Part shown: positions 28,750 to 38,072 of the stretch, one piece after another
Numbering within the stretch: the stretch's first letter is position 1
Layout: the number at the start of each line of letters is the position of its first letter
DNA from: an uncultured Chitinophagaceae bacterium
Lineage (GTDB): Bacteria > Bacteroidota > Bacteroidia > Chitinophagales > LD1
Direction of reading: 5' to 3'
Assembly (NCBI GenBank): GCA_964537475.1
Contig: CAZIBY010000002.1
Coordinates: forward strand, 209,331 to 273,330
Length of the DNA stretch: 64,000 nucleotides
Translations under genes and position numbers: made by a program
Notes under the pieces: generated by a model
The model's input: only the letters and a program-made list of their open reading frames with translations
Told to the model about the DNA's origin: nothing
Databases searched by the model: none

Positions 28750-28775
28750 GTCATCCTGAGCGATAGCGAAGGATC
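28750..28775. repeat. short intergenic repeat gtcatcctgagcgatagcgaaggatc
   Basis: I recall the gtcatcctgagcg...cgaaggatc motif as a widespread Bacteroidota intergenic motif. This rests on memory, not a search. Confidence 0.45.
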
Positions 28776-28832
28776 TTTACCAGCCTCAAAGCCCCAACTT
28801 CATTCAAAAAGCTAAACTGGATTTTGCATTCA

Positions 28833-28858
28833 AGTCCCCTTCAGGGGATTTAGGGGGG
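28833..28858. repeat. REP-like hairpin tcccc-ttca-gggga followed by tttaggggg
   Basis: 5-bp stem plus a G-run in the intergenic region between the sigma factor gene and a convergent lipoprotein gene. Confidence 0.5.
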
Positions 28859-28891
28859 GCTGTTTGTATTAGATATTTATGTTCAAATTCC

Positions 28892-29242
28892 TCACTTCAC
28901 CTTCTTCATCTCCGCCTCCTTCTTGCTCAGCTCGGTGATCACCTGCTCGTACATCTTATTCATATCATCAGGGTGCCCCTCGTAGTAGCGGAAGCTGGCT
29001 TTATACTGATCAGCAGTGATGTGGTGATTCTGGTAGATGCGGCGGTACACCCCATTGATGAAATCACGGTTTGGCTTGTCCGTGCCGTAGCGCTGGTCGC
29101 CTATAGCGTCTGCTATATGGATATCTACCATAATGCTGATCATGCTATCCCTGGTGATCAGATTGTCAGGTGCTACCGGCCCTCCTCTATGAGCACAACC
29201 CACCAGTGTCAATAACAGTATGCCTATCAGTCCTTGCTTCAT
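28892..29242 (-). CDS. lipoprotein (DUF4296-like)
   Basis: Lipobox 'LTLVGC'. 'MVDIHIADA' and 'YYEGHPD' match what I recall of DUF4296. Confidence 0.6.
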   Translation of the reverse strand: MKQGLIGILLLTLVGCAHRGGPVAPDNLITRDSMISIMVDIHIADAIGDQRYGTDKPNRDFINGVYRRIYQNHHITADQYKASFRYYEGHPDDMNKMYEQVITELSKKEAEMKKVK

Positions 29243-29276
29243 CGTACCTTTGCGCGCAGCCGAAAATAGGAAATAA

Positions 29277-29939
29277 ATGAATCTCGACCGCTACCGCCAG
29301 ATACTCGCCGACCTCGCCCCGCATCACGCGCGCCTCGTAGCCGTGAGCAAGACCAAACCCGAGGCTGATATCCGGACGCTCTATGACCTGGGCCAGCGCA
29401 TCTTTGGCGAGAACAAAGTCCAGGAAATGACCACCAAATATGAGTCACTGCCCAAGGATATCTCATGGCACCTCATAGGCCATCTGCAAAGCAACAAAGT
29501 AAAATACATCGCCCCCTATGTGAGCATGATCCATTCCGTAGACTCGCTCAGCCTGCTCACTGAGATAGACCGGCAGGCAGCGAAGCATGACCGTATCATT
29601 TCATGCCTGCTGCAGATACACATCAGCGGAGAGGAAACTAAGTTTGGCCTCGGTGAAGAAGAAGTGATCGCACTACTGGAAGACCCATCTTTTGCGCAGC
29701 TTAAAAATATCCAGATAGCCGGCCTCATGGGCATGGCGTCTAATACACATGATGAAAAGAAGATAGATGCAGAATTCGCTTCGCTGAAAAACCTATTCGA
29801 CACGCTCCGCGCAAAGTATTTCACAGACCAGACTGCCTTTAAGGAGCTATCTATGGGCATGTCCTCAGATTATCACATTGCGCTCAGACACGGAGCGACA
29901 CTAGTCAGGGTAGGCAGCGATATTTTTGGAAGCAGATAA
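29277..29939 (+). CDS. YggS-family pyridoxal-phosphate homeostasis protein
   Basis: 'LVAVSKTKP' carries the PLP lysine. 'WHLIGHLQSNK', 'LSMGMSSDY' and 'VRVGSDIFG' are also present. Confidence 0.9.
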   Translation: MNLDRYRQILADLAPHHARLVAVSKTKPEADIRTLYDLGQRIFGENKVQEMTTKYESLPKDISWHLIGHLQSNKVKYIAPYVSMIHSVDSLSLLTEIDRQAAKHDRIISCLLQIHISGEETKFGLGEEEVIALLEDPSFAQLKNIQIAGLMGMASNTHDEKKIDAEFASLKNLFDTLRAKYFTDQTAFKELSMGMSSDYHIALRHGATLVRVGSDIFGSR

Positions 29940-29941
29940 GG

Positions 29942-30514
29942 CTATTTATCCGCCAGGTTCTGTGCACCGCTGTACGGTTTCACCTCTCCGGGCCTCCCCG
30001 GCTCAAAGTCCAGCACGTCACCATTCAGCGCGTAGTGCCTTTTGGTGGCAGTAGGACCATCCATCAGCAGATAGCCCATATGAGAGTGGCAGCGGCTGCA
30101 CACTATCTCATTGTCTTTGCCATCTTCATCTTTCTGCACTGTCAGGCTCTGCTCTTTCAGCGCCGCTGTGAAACTCGGCCTGCCGGTATGGCTGTCATAT
30201 TTAGCTGCAGAGCTAAAGAGAGGATTGCCGCAGATAGCGCAGTAGTAGGTGCCCTTCTCATAGTCATCCCAATACTTTCCTGTATAGACGCGCTCTGTAC
30301 CCATCTCACGCGAGAGGTGATAGATGCCCTGCGGCAGGATCTGTTTCCAAGCCTTATCATCTATATTGAGCACGCGGGAGTCAGTATGAGAGTAGTAGGG
30401 ATTTTTGCTATGGTCATAGTCGGCACCATTGTGACCTGACTGAGAGAAACCAAAGCACAAAAATGCTGTCAATATTGCTGCGGGGATGTGAACCTTCTTC
30501 ATAACCATCTTCAT
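29942..30514 (-). CDS. secreted MsrB (SelR)-domain protein with degenerate active site
   Basis: Signal peptide present. Both Zn CxxC pairs are kept (CAICG, CSRCH). However, GWPSF reads GRPSF, HLGHVF reads HMGYLL, and the catalytic RYC(I/V)N reads RHYALN. Confidence 0.75.
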   Translation of the reverse strand: MKMVMKKVHIPAAILTAFLCFGFSQSGHNGADYDHSKNPYYSHTDSRVLNIDDKAWKQILPQGIYHLSREMGTERVYTGKYWDDYEKGTYYCAICGNPLFSSAAKYDSHTGRPSFTAALKEQSLTVQKDEDGKDNEIVCSRCHSHMGYLLMDGPTATKRHYALNGDVLDFEPGRPGEVKPYSGAQNLADK

Positions 30515-30794
30515 TTACACATTACGGGGCAAGGACGACTTGCCTCAAAACAAAAAGCTCAGGCTACAGTCAGGTTGATAACGTACTTATAGAAAAATCC
30601 GTGCCAACGCGGGTGCGAGATTAGTTGCTTCAGCGTTAAAAATCGAGTACTTATCGGTGTGCAGATATTTTTCGGCGGTAGCGCATGTTGGCTTTTTAGC
30701 TATCAAAGCCTTCTATTGCATTTAGCTTCAGCGGAGGGACCCACCTATAGCATTGAGCAGTGCCCAATGTACCGTGCCGACACCCCCTTTTGCC

Positions 30795-30821
30795 GTAGGG
30801 ATAGGTCGCGACATGTACCTA
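30795..30821. repeat. degenerate copy of a TCGCGA-core REP palindrome
   Basis: gtagggataggtcgcgacatgtacctat is 23/28 identical to the copy at 50316-50343. Confidence 0.55.
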
Positions 30822-30851
30822 TTACAACAATCTCACTCCCTCCCATAAAGT

Positions 30852-30877
30852 AAAAAGCGCCCCGTAGGGCGCTTTTC
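30852..30877. terminator. bidirectional intrinsic terminator (yidC side and plus-strand side)
   Basis: gcgccc-cgta-gggcgc hairpin flanked by an A-run and a T-run. Confidence 0.65.
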
Positions 30878-30880
30878 ATT

Positions 30881-32767
30881 TTATTTCTTCTTGCCGTTTC
30901 CTTTAGCGTTAGCGTTTGCTCTCTGCTGAGCTTCTGCCTGGCGCTGTATGTCTTGCAGTTTAGCCATGAAGCCGGTCTGCTTCTTAGGGTTTGCTTTATT
31001 CTGCTGGATGGTACGGTGCAGCTCTGCTTCATCTATGAAGAACTTCTGTATAGCCCACTGCTGCGCTATGGTCAGGATATTCTGCAGGAGGTAATAATAA
31101 GTGAGGGCCGCAGGAAAGTCATTGAACATGAACATGAGCATCACCGGCATGATATACGGCATGTACTGCATACCCGGCTGTGAGTTGCTCATTCCGCTCT
31201 GGTTCTGGTTGTACACGGCAGAGAGGATAGAGGTGATGGTCATGAGCACCGTGAAGAGGCTCAGGTGCGTGCCTATCAGCGGCAGCGCAGAGGTCCATGA
31301 CATGATCGCATCATAGCTGCTCAGGTCCGTAGCCCAAAGGAACGGCTGCTGGCGCAGCTCTATCGAGTTGGGGAAGAAGTAGTACATGGACATCAGGATC
31401 GGCATCTGCAGCAGCATAGGCAGGCAGCCACCAAATGGACTCACACCGGCCTTCTGGTAGATCTTCATCTGCTCGGTCTGGATGCGCTGCTGGTCATCGC
31501 CATATTTCTCTTTCAGCTCGTCTATCTCAGGCTTCAGCACCTTCATGTAGGCGCCTGACTTGATCGCCTTCCACGTCAGTGGTGTGAGAACGAGTTTGAG
31601 GAGCAGGGTCAGTATCAGGATGATGATGCCATAGTTGAGGTGCGCCTTGTCCAGCAGGTTGAATGTAGGGATGATAGCCCACTTGCTGATATACTTGATC
31701 CAGTTGAATGCAAAGTTGTCAGGCGACAGCTTCAGGATACTCTCAAAGTCCTCACCGGACTTCTTCAATGTGCTGTAGTGATTTGGACCAAAGTAGAAGT
31801 GCATGTCATAAGAGACAGAGGCTGCAGGCTTGTAGTCCAGTGTCAGCACCGCATTATCCTTCTTCACATAGCTCTTGTCATTTTTGTCATAGTCAGACTT
31901 GAGAGACCCCTTGAAGAGCCCCTTGCCAAAAAGAGAAGCATTAAAGAACTGCTGTTTGAATGATACCCAGTCTGCCCTGCCTATCAGAGACTCCTGCTGG
32001 TCAGGTTTGGTCTCATCCAGGTGCTGCACATCGCCATCGTTATACTTGTAGTATACTGCTGTGTAGCCGCGCTCCTTGTCTACCAGGCGCTCCAGGTTCA
32101 GCAGGGTGCTCTGCCAGGTGATCTGGATGTCATTTGCATTGGGCATCACCTGGTCCATGCCTACCAGGTTTACAGTATAGCCCAGCTTGTAGTCATTGCC
32201 TTTCAGCGTATATTTCTGCTCAAAGTACTGGCCGTCTGCCGCCTTCAGGCGAAAGGAGATACTCTTCGCTTCATCGCCTTTCACTGCAAAGCCGTCGCCT
32301 ATAGGCTCAAAGTACAGATCACGGGTATCTACGATCTTATTGCCCGCTATCACAAACTGGTAGCTGATACTTTGGCTCTTTCCATTGAAGAGGACCAGCG
32401 GCTTGCCATCCCAGGTTTTATAGTTTTTCAGCTCGACCTGCTTCACCGTGCCTCCACGGCTGGAGATAGTGATCTTCTGCAGTTCGTTTTCCAGCACATA
32501 TTCTTTGGCCTCGCCAGTCACAGCCGCCGCAAAGGGGCCCGCCTGGCTCGCTGCAGCAGCAGAGTCCTTGGGCAGGTCTGCCGCCTTGGGCTGGGCAGCG
32601 CCGGCGCCGGGATTCATAGCGCGGGTATGCGCGGCACTATCGCCTACGGCTACCTGCGTGGTTTTAGCCTTATTCTTCTCCCTGTCTTCCTTACTGCTGA
32701 AATAAAATAGCCCGAATAGCAATAATCCGAGCAAAAGTGTACCGATGAGGGTGTTCTTATTCTCCAT
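30881..32767 (-). CDS. yidC: membrane protein insertase YidC
   Basis: 628 aa with an N-terminal TM segment, a large periplasmic domain, and a C-terminal 60-kDa IMP core carrying 'GGCLPMLLQMPI'. Confidence 0.93.
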   Translation of the reverse strand: MENKNTLIGTLLLGLLLFGLFYFSSKEDREKNKAKTTQVAVGDSAAHTRAMNPGAGAAQPKAADLPKDSAAAASQAGPFAAAVTGEAKEYVLENELQKITISSRGGTVKQVELKNYKTWDGKPLVLFNGKSQSISYQFVIAGNKIVDTRDLYFEPIGDGFAVKGDEAKSISFRLKAADGQYFEQKYTLKGNDYKLGYTVNLVGMDQVMPNANDIQITWQSTLLNLERLVDKERGYTAVYYKYNDGDVQHLDETKPDQQESLIGRADWVSFKQQFFNASLFGKGLFKGSLKSDYDKNDKSYVKKDNAVLTLDYKPAASVSYDMHFYFGPNHYSTLKKSGEDFESILKLSPDNFAFNWIKYISKWAIIPTFNLLDKAHLNYGIIILILTLLLKLVLTPLTWKAIKSGAYMKVLKPEIDELKEKYGDDQQRIQTEQMKIYQKAGVSPFGGCLPMLLQMPILMSMYYFFPNSIELRQQPFLWATDLSSYDAIMSWTSALPLIGTHLSLFTVLMTITSILSAVYNQNQSGMSNSQPGMQYMPYIMPVMLMFMFNDFPAALTYYYLLQNILTIAQQWAIQKFFIDEAELHRTIQQNKANPKKQTGFMAKLQDIQRQAEAQQRANANAKGNGKKK

Positions 32768-33089
32768 GTATAAACTCGTACCTACAAAAATGGAGGCGCA
32801 AACCTAGCTTTTTTATTTTAAAAACGGCCCGGTTGACCTGCTTTTGTCTGACGTTGGTCATTTTATCCCTGTGCGGCACACTTTCCGGCCAGCTATTGCG
32901 TCTGATATCATAGGAGCGGTAGCGAAAGCAGCGTACAGTGATTTTTGGACCGGTCACATGATTCTTTCCGTGAAACTGAGAAAAATCACGGTCTATCATG
33001 TGGTTTAAAAAGCGGCGTTCGTTGAAAAATAGCGAACATTCGCTGGCTTTAATCCGTACGTTAGATTAATATCGTAACCGCCGAAAAAG

Positions 33090-33551
33090 ATGCTACTACA
33101 CATTCTATCAGACATCTTCATCTTTCTGAGTTCTACGGTGAAATTCGCCCTGCTGACTTTCACTGTGATCACTACAGATATGGGCATTCCCGGCACTATA
33201 GCCAATATACTGGGCGGTCTCACCGGCATCGTACTTTTCACCTATCTCGGTACTAATCTCCGTGCCTGGGCTATCGAGACTTTCCCTGAGCGTTTTGGCC
33301 GCAAGTTTACACGTCAGAGCCGCTTTCTGGTGCGCGTGCGCAAGCACTCGGGCCTCTTTGGCGTGGCACTGCTCACTCCTGTATTCTTGTCTATCCCGGT
33401 AGGCGTCATACTGGCGCTGAGCCTCACCACGCACAAGCGCCAGATCGTGACCAGCATGGCAGTATCCTGCATCTTCTGGTCTGCCGTATTCTTCGTGCCA
33501 TACTATGCTTTCAGCATCAATGTGATCGGCTGGGTCAAAGGCATGTTTTAA
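33090..33551 (+). CDS. small membrane protein, function unknown
   Basis: 153 aa with four hydrophobic segments. Confidence 0.5.
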   Translation: MLLHILSDIFIFLSSTVKFALLTFTVITTDMGIPGTIANILGGLTGIVLFTYLGTNLRAWAIETFPERFGRKFTRQSRFLVRVRKHSGLFGVALLTPVFLSIPVGVILALSLTTHKRQIVTSMAVSCIFWSAVFFVPYYAFSINVIGWVKGMF

Positions 33552-33609
33552 CCATCCGCCCCTTACCCTGCGCTTCCCCACTTTTTAGAGATTCTTTTTA
33601 CTAAATGTA

Positions 33610-33728
33610 TCAGATACTAGATATTAGATACTGGATACTAGTTACTTGATAATGGATAAACAGCCGAATACAGCTACCCTCTATCAATTATCCGGCATCA
33701 AGCATCCAGTATCCAGCATCAAACATCC
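33610..33728. repeat. low-complexity repeat block: agatact/ggatact direct repeats, with inverted agtatcc and gcatc repeats
   Basis: agatact at 33612 and 33626, ggatact at 33633, the inverted agtatcc at 33708, and the reiterated run catcaagcatccagtatccagcatcaaacatcc. Confidence 0.6.
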
Positions 33729-33778
33729 CTCCTCTCCTGCCTTTTTCTATATTAGCGTCATACATTCTACAGAGTCCC

Positions 33779-34063
33779 ATGTCCCTCATTCGCATTGTCA
33801 AGATGACTTTCCGCCCGGAGGCCGTCGCACAGTTTCAAAAGATCTTTGATGAAAGAAAAGAACGCATAGCTGCTGCACCCGGCTGCGCCAGTGTAGAGCT
33901 GCTGCATGATGATGGCTGCATTTTCTTTACCTACTCTGTATGGGAAGATGAAGTAGCGCTGGAGACCTACCGCTCCTCAGAATTGTTTAGCTCTACCTGG
34001 GCACTGGTCAAGCCACTCTTTGCCGCCAAAGCCGAGGCATGGTCGGTGCGCAAAGTAGTGTGA
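33779..34063 (+). CDS. antibiotic-biosynthesis-monooxygenase (ABM) domain protein
   Basis: 94 aa with a ferredoxin-like pattern and 'FFTYSVWEDEVALETYRSSELF'. Confidence 0.7.
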   Translation: MSLIRIVKMTFRPEAVAQFQKIFDERKERIAAAPGCASVELLHDDGCIFFTYSVWEDEVALETYRSSELFSSTWALVKPLFAAKAEAWSVRKVV

Positions 34064-34205
34064 CACCATAGGTAAGTATAAATCATAACCCTCGTCAAAT
34101 AATATACTCGCTGCGCAAACGTTTTACAATGCCGTGACACATCTGTCTGATTTTGTCGGTAATATTACATAAGCGATTTTGCTATACACCAAACCTACAC
34201 ACACT

Positions 34206-34904
34206 ATGATATCGCGTATACTCCTCGTAGAAGATGAAGAACACCTGCAGGAAGCCATCAAGCTCAATCTGGAGCTGGAAGGCTTTGAAGTAGAAGTAGC
34301 AGACACCGGCACCACTGCTATCAAAAAGGCCGAGACACAAAGGTTCAACCTCATCATCCTGGATGTGATGCTGCCTGAGCTGGATGGATTTGCAGTCTGC
34401 GAAAAGATCCGGCTGCATGATACCGACACGCCGATCATATTTCTCACAGCCAAGGATACCAGCCAGGACCGCGTGAATGGCCTACGCCTCGGTGCCGATG
34501 ACTACCTGGCCAAGCCATTCAATCTGGAGGAGCTGCTCCTGCGCGTGAAGGTGCTGGTGAAGCACAGCATGAAAGGTACGCAGGAAAGCAAAGACCTCAA
34601 GACTTACAAGTTTGGCGACAATGAGGTCAACTTTATCACCTACAAAGCAAAAGGCATAGGCGGCAAGGAATACGAGCTGACCAAAAAAGAGATCTCCCTT
34701 CTCAAACTGCTGATAGACCGCCAGAACTCTGTCGTGTCGCGCCAGCATATCCTCCAGTATGTATGGGGCTATGACGTCTATCCGTCTACCCGCACGATAG
34801 ACAACTTTATCCTTGCCTTCCGCAAGTATTTTGAGAAAGATGCCCGCAATCCTGAGTTCTTTCACAGTATCCGCGGTGTGGGGTATAAGTTTACTGCCAA
34901 CTAG
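34206..34904 (+). CDS. OmpR-family response regulator
   Basis: Start MISRILLVEDEE at 34206. Receiver Asp in 'LIILDVMLP', and a winged-helix output domain ending 'IRGVGYKF'. Confidence 0.9.
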   Translation: MISRILLVEDEEHLQEAIKLNLELEGFEVEVADTGTTAIKKAETQRFNLIILDVMLPELDGFAVCEKIRLHDTDTPIIFLTAKDTSQDRVNGLRLGADDYLAKPFNLEELLLRVKVLVKHSMKGTQESKDLKTYKFGDNEVNFITYKAKGIGGKEYELTKKEISLLKLLIDRQNSVVSRQHILQYVWGYDVYPSTRTIDNFILAFRKYFEKDARNPEFFHSIRGVGYKFTAN

Positions 34905-35051
34905 GCCATACCCAGCGGCATGGTTTATCCTTCACAGACGGTATATGAGTCTGTATTTCATGACCACAGTCATAAAATATTGAAGCAAACCTTTCGATTT
35001 TTATAGCCGGACCATCTGCCTCTACTGGAGGTATAAAACTTATGACCCGGC

Positions 35052-36128
35052 ATGACTACTGACTATCACTACAAGCAGATGATCGACAGCGTAGAAGACT
35101 ATGCTATCATCCTGCTGGACGCTACCGGCCATATACAGAGCTGGAATAAGGGCGCTATACAGATCAAAGGCTGGCAGCCTGAGGAGATCATAGGGCGTCA
35201 TTTCCGTACCTTCTACACTGATGAGGACCGGCAGCGCCAGCTACCGGAGACCTACCTGGCCGAGGCTGCTGATCTGGGCCATGTGCAGCACGAAGGCTGG
35301 CGGGTACGGCGCGACGGCAGCCTCTTATGGGGTCATGTGACCATCACTGCCCTGCGGGATGAGCAGGGTACCATCAGTGGCTACTGCAAGGTGACGTATG
35401 ACCGTACGGACCGGCTGCGCCGCGAGGAGATGGACCGCCGCATGCATGAGCTGGAGGCGCGCAATAAAGAGATGGAGCAGTTCGCCTACGTGGCCTCCCA
35501 TGACCTCTCTGAGCCACTCAATACGGTGGGGAGTTTTGCCTACCTGCTGGAGACAGACTATGGCGCCGCCCTGGACGATATGGGCAAGGCCTACCTGACC
35601 CAGATACAGACGTCTGTAGGCCGTATGAAGGGGCTGATCCATGCGCTGCTGCACTACGCCCGGATAGGCCAGTACCGCTCCCTGGAGCAGGTCAATATGA
35701 CTGACCTCCTCAGGTCGGTCATGACAGATATGCACCAGACCATCGTCACGTCAGGCGCGCGCATCACCTATCAGGATATGCCTGTGATCACGGCCTACCC
35801 GGTAGAGCTGCGCCAGTTGCTGCAGAGCCTACTGAGCAATGCGATCAAATTTCAGGCTCCGGGCACGGCTCCGCGCATCCATATCACCGCTGGTATGCGG
35901 GGCCAGACCTGGGCATTTTGTGTAGCAGATAACGGCATCGGCATAGCACCAGAAGATTATGAAAAGGTCTTTATTATGTTCAAGCGCCTCCATAGCCAGG
36001 AGGCCTTTGCAGGATCTGGCATAGGATTGGCATATGCTAAAAAGATAGTGGAGATGCATAACGGCTCGATATGGATAGAACCCAACGAACCAAGTGGCGT
36101 CAAAATCTGTTTTACACTGAATACCTGA
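35052..36128 (+). CDS. cytoplasmic PAS-domain sensor histidine kinase
   Basis: PAS region ('YAIILLDATGHIQSWNKGA'), H-box 'FAYVASHDLSEPL', and N and G boxes ('LSNAIKF', 'DNGIGI', 'GSGIGL'). No TM segment. Confidence 0.9.
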   Translation: MTTDYHYKQMIDSVEDYAIILLDATGHIQSWNKGAIQIKGWQPEEIIGRHFRTFYTDEDRQRQLPETYLAEAADLGHVQHEGWRVRRDGSLLWGHVTITALRDEQGTISGYCKVTYDRTDRLRREEMDRRMHELEARNKEMEQFAYVASHDLSEPLNTVGSFAYLLETDYGAALDDMGKAYLTQIQTSVGRMKGLIHALLHYARIGQYRSLEQVNMTDLLRSVMTDMHQTIVTSGARITYQDMPVITAYPVELRQLLQSLLSNAIKFQAPGTAPRIHITAGMRGQTWAFCVADNGIGIAPEDYEKVFIMFKRLHSQEAFAGSGIGLAYAKKIVEMHNGSIWIEPNEPSGVKICFTLNT

Positions 36129-36146
36129 TCAACCCCAAGATCTCCG

Positions 36147-36557
36147 ATGAAGGAAAAGCTGAGCTGTATCCTGCTCATAGATGATGATAAAGCTACCAAC
36201 TGGCTCCACCAGATCCTGATCAATAAGCTGTGCTGCTCCGATCAGGTGATCGTAAAAGGCAATGGCCGCGAGGCGCTGGACTACCTGCTCTCCCCCGAGC
36301 CTAAACCCCGTATTGATCTCATCCTGCTGGATCTCAATATGCCTGTCATGGATGGCTGGGAGTTTCTGGCGCGGTACAAGGAAGCCGATTTTGACCAGAA
36401 AGATACCTCAGTCCTCACTGTGCTCACCAGTTCGCTCAACCCTGACGATGAGAAGAAGATCCGCGTGCTGGGAGGATCACATGGGTACCATCAGAAGCCA
36501 CTGGATCTGGACAGCCTGGAGGGGCTCCTGCGTCTCTATTTCCCGGAGCGGTTTTGA
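36147..36557 (+). CDS. single-domain (CheY-like) response regulator
   Basis: 136 aa with 'ILLIDDD' and 'LILLDLNMPVMDG'. Confidence 0.85.
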   Translation: MKEKLSCILLIDDDKATNWLHQILINKLCCSDQVIVKGNGREALDYLLSPEPKPRIDLILLDLNMPVMDGWEFLARYKEADFDQKDTSVLTVLTSSLNPDDEKKIRVLGGSHGYHQKPLDLDSLEGLLRLYFPERF

Positions 36558-36633
36558 CGGCTTGGTGAGCTGAGTCCATGTTGGACTATTCACACCTTAC
36601 CCACACAGCGCTGGTCTTTAGCGACTTTTTCGC

Positions 36634-36641
36634 TATATTTG
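36634..36641 (+). promoter_or_regulatory. possible Bacteroidota -7 box (TATATTTG) for ahcY
   Basis: Matches TAnnTTTG, 22 nt upstream of the ATG. Confidence 0.3.
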
Positions 36642-36662
36642 CAGCTCAATCAAAAATGATTT

Positions 36663-37976
36663 ATGTCAGCAACTACAGAAACACTGAAGTACAAGGTAAA
36701 AGATATCAAACTGGCCGAGTGGGGCCGCAAAGAAATCCAACTGGCTGAGGCTGAGATGCCGGGCCTGATGGCTATCCGTGCAGAGTACGGTCCTAAGCAG
36801 CCGCTGAAAGGTGCCCGCATAGCCGGCTGCCTCCACATGACCATCCAGACAGCTGTGCTGATCGAGACCCTGAAAGCCCTAGGCGCAGAGGTGACCTGGT
36901 CTTCCTGCAATATATTCTCTACACAGGACCACGCCGCTGCTGCTATCGCTGCTGCCGGTATCCCAGTATATGCCTGGAAGGGTCAGAACGAACAAGAATT
37001 TGACTGGTGTATAGAGCAGACGCTCCGCGCCTTTGAGGGTGGCGAGCCGCTGAATATGATCCTGGATGATGGTGGTGACCTGACCAATATGGTACTGGAC
37101 CGCTACCCTGAGCTGATACCAGGCATCAAGGGCCTCTCTGAGGAAACTACTACAGGCGTACACCGCCTCTATGAGCGCATGCGCAAGGGTACCCTCCCTA
37201 TGCCTGCTATCAATGTAAACGACTCTGTGACCAAGTCTAAATTTGACAATAAGTATGGCTGCAAAGAGTCTCTGGTAGACGCTATCCGCCGCGCTACTGA
37301 CGTGATGATGGCCGGCAAGGTGGCAGTAGTAGCCGGCTACGGTGACGTAGGCAAGGGCTCTGCTGAGTCTCTCCGCGGTGCCGGTGCCCGTGTGCTCGTC
37401 ACTGAGATCGACCCTATCTGCGCCCTGCAGGCTGCGATGGACGGTTTCGAAGTAGTGACAATGGATGAGGCTGCTACACGCGCCAATATCTTCGTGACTG
37501 CTACAGGCAATATCAATATCATCCGCGACCGCCACTTCAAGGCGATGAAGGATAAGGCTATCGTGTGCAACATCGGCCACTTCGATAATGAGATCGATAT
37601 GGCATGGCTCAATAACAAGTCCGGCGCTACCAAAGACACTGTAAAACCGCAGGTAGATATCTACACACTGGAGGGCAAGCAGGTGATCGTACTGGCAGAA
37701 GGCCGCCTCGTAAACCTGGGCTGCGCTATGGGCCACCCATCATTTGTGATGAGCAACTCATTCAGCAATCAGACCCTGGCACAGATCGAGCTCTGGCTGC
37801 ACAGCGAGAAGTATGAGAATAAGGTGTATGTACTCCCTAAGCACCTGGATGAGAAGGTAGCATTCCTGCACCTCGCTCAGATAGGCGCCAAGCTGACCAA
37901 GCTGGACGAAGACCAGGCTGAGTACATCGGCGTGACCGTAGCCGGTCCGTTCAAGTCTGAGCACTACAGGTATTAA
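36663..37976 (+). CDS. ahcY: adenosylhomocysteinase
   Basis: 437 aa with '[16 protein letters not shown]', the NAD-binding '[10 protein letters not shown]' motif, and 'GHFDNEID'. Confidence 0.97.
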   Translation: MSATTETLKYKVKDIKLAEWGRKEIQLAEAEMPGLMAIRAEYGPKQPLKGARIAGCLHMTIQTAVLIETLKALGAEVTWSSCNIFSTQDHAAAAIAAAGIPVYAWKGQNEQEFDWCIEQTLRAFEGGEPLNMILDDGGDLTNMVLDRYPELIPGIKGLSEETTTGVHRLYERMRKGTLPMPAINVNDSVTKSKFDNKYGCKESLVDAIRRATDVMMAGKVAVVAGYGDVGKGSAESLRGAGARVLVTEIDPICALQAAMDGFEVVTMDEAATRANIFVTATGNINIIRDRHFKAMKDKAIVCNIGHFDNEIDMAWLNNKSGATKDTVKPQVDIYTLEGKQVIVLAEGRLVNLGCAMGHPSFVMSNSFSNQTLAQIELWLHSEKYENKVYVLPKHLDEKVAFLHLAQIGAKLTKLDEDQAEYIGVTVAGPFKSEHYRY

Positions 37977-38000
37977 TACCATTTGTCATAATATTGTAAA

Positions 38001-38030
38001 AAAGCACTCCGCCGATCGGGGTGCTTTTTT
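38001..38030 (+). terminator. intrinsic terminator of ahcY
   Basis: agcactcc-gccgatc-ggggtgct hairpin followed by tttttt. Confidence 0.6.
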
Positions 38031-38072
38031 ATTTATGAGCTTCGGTGTACCTTACAGGTAGAAACAATACCA

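Noticed and set aside
30659-31032. ORFs 30659-30853 (+) and 30745-31032 (-).
   Set aside because: They span a REP copy, a terminator hairpin and the 3' end of yidC, and their translations look non-protein-like.
33646-33849. 67-aa ORF containing SGIKHPVSSIKHPSS.
   Set aside because: It is a translation artefact of the short tandem DNA repeats at 33690-33728, and it overlaps the real ABM gene start.
36558-36662. Looked for a SAH or SAM riboswitch in the ahcY leader.
   Set aside because: No conserved SAH-riboswitch blocks or convincing pseudoknot stems were visible. I found only a TAnnTTTG-like box close to the ATG.
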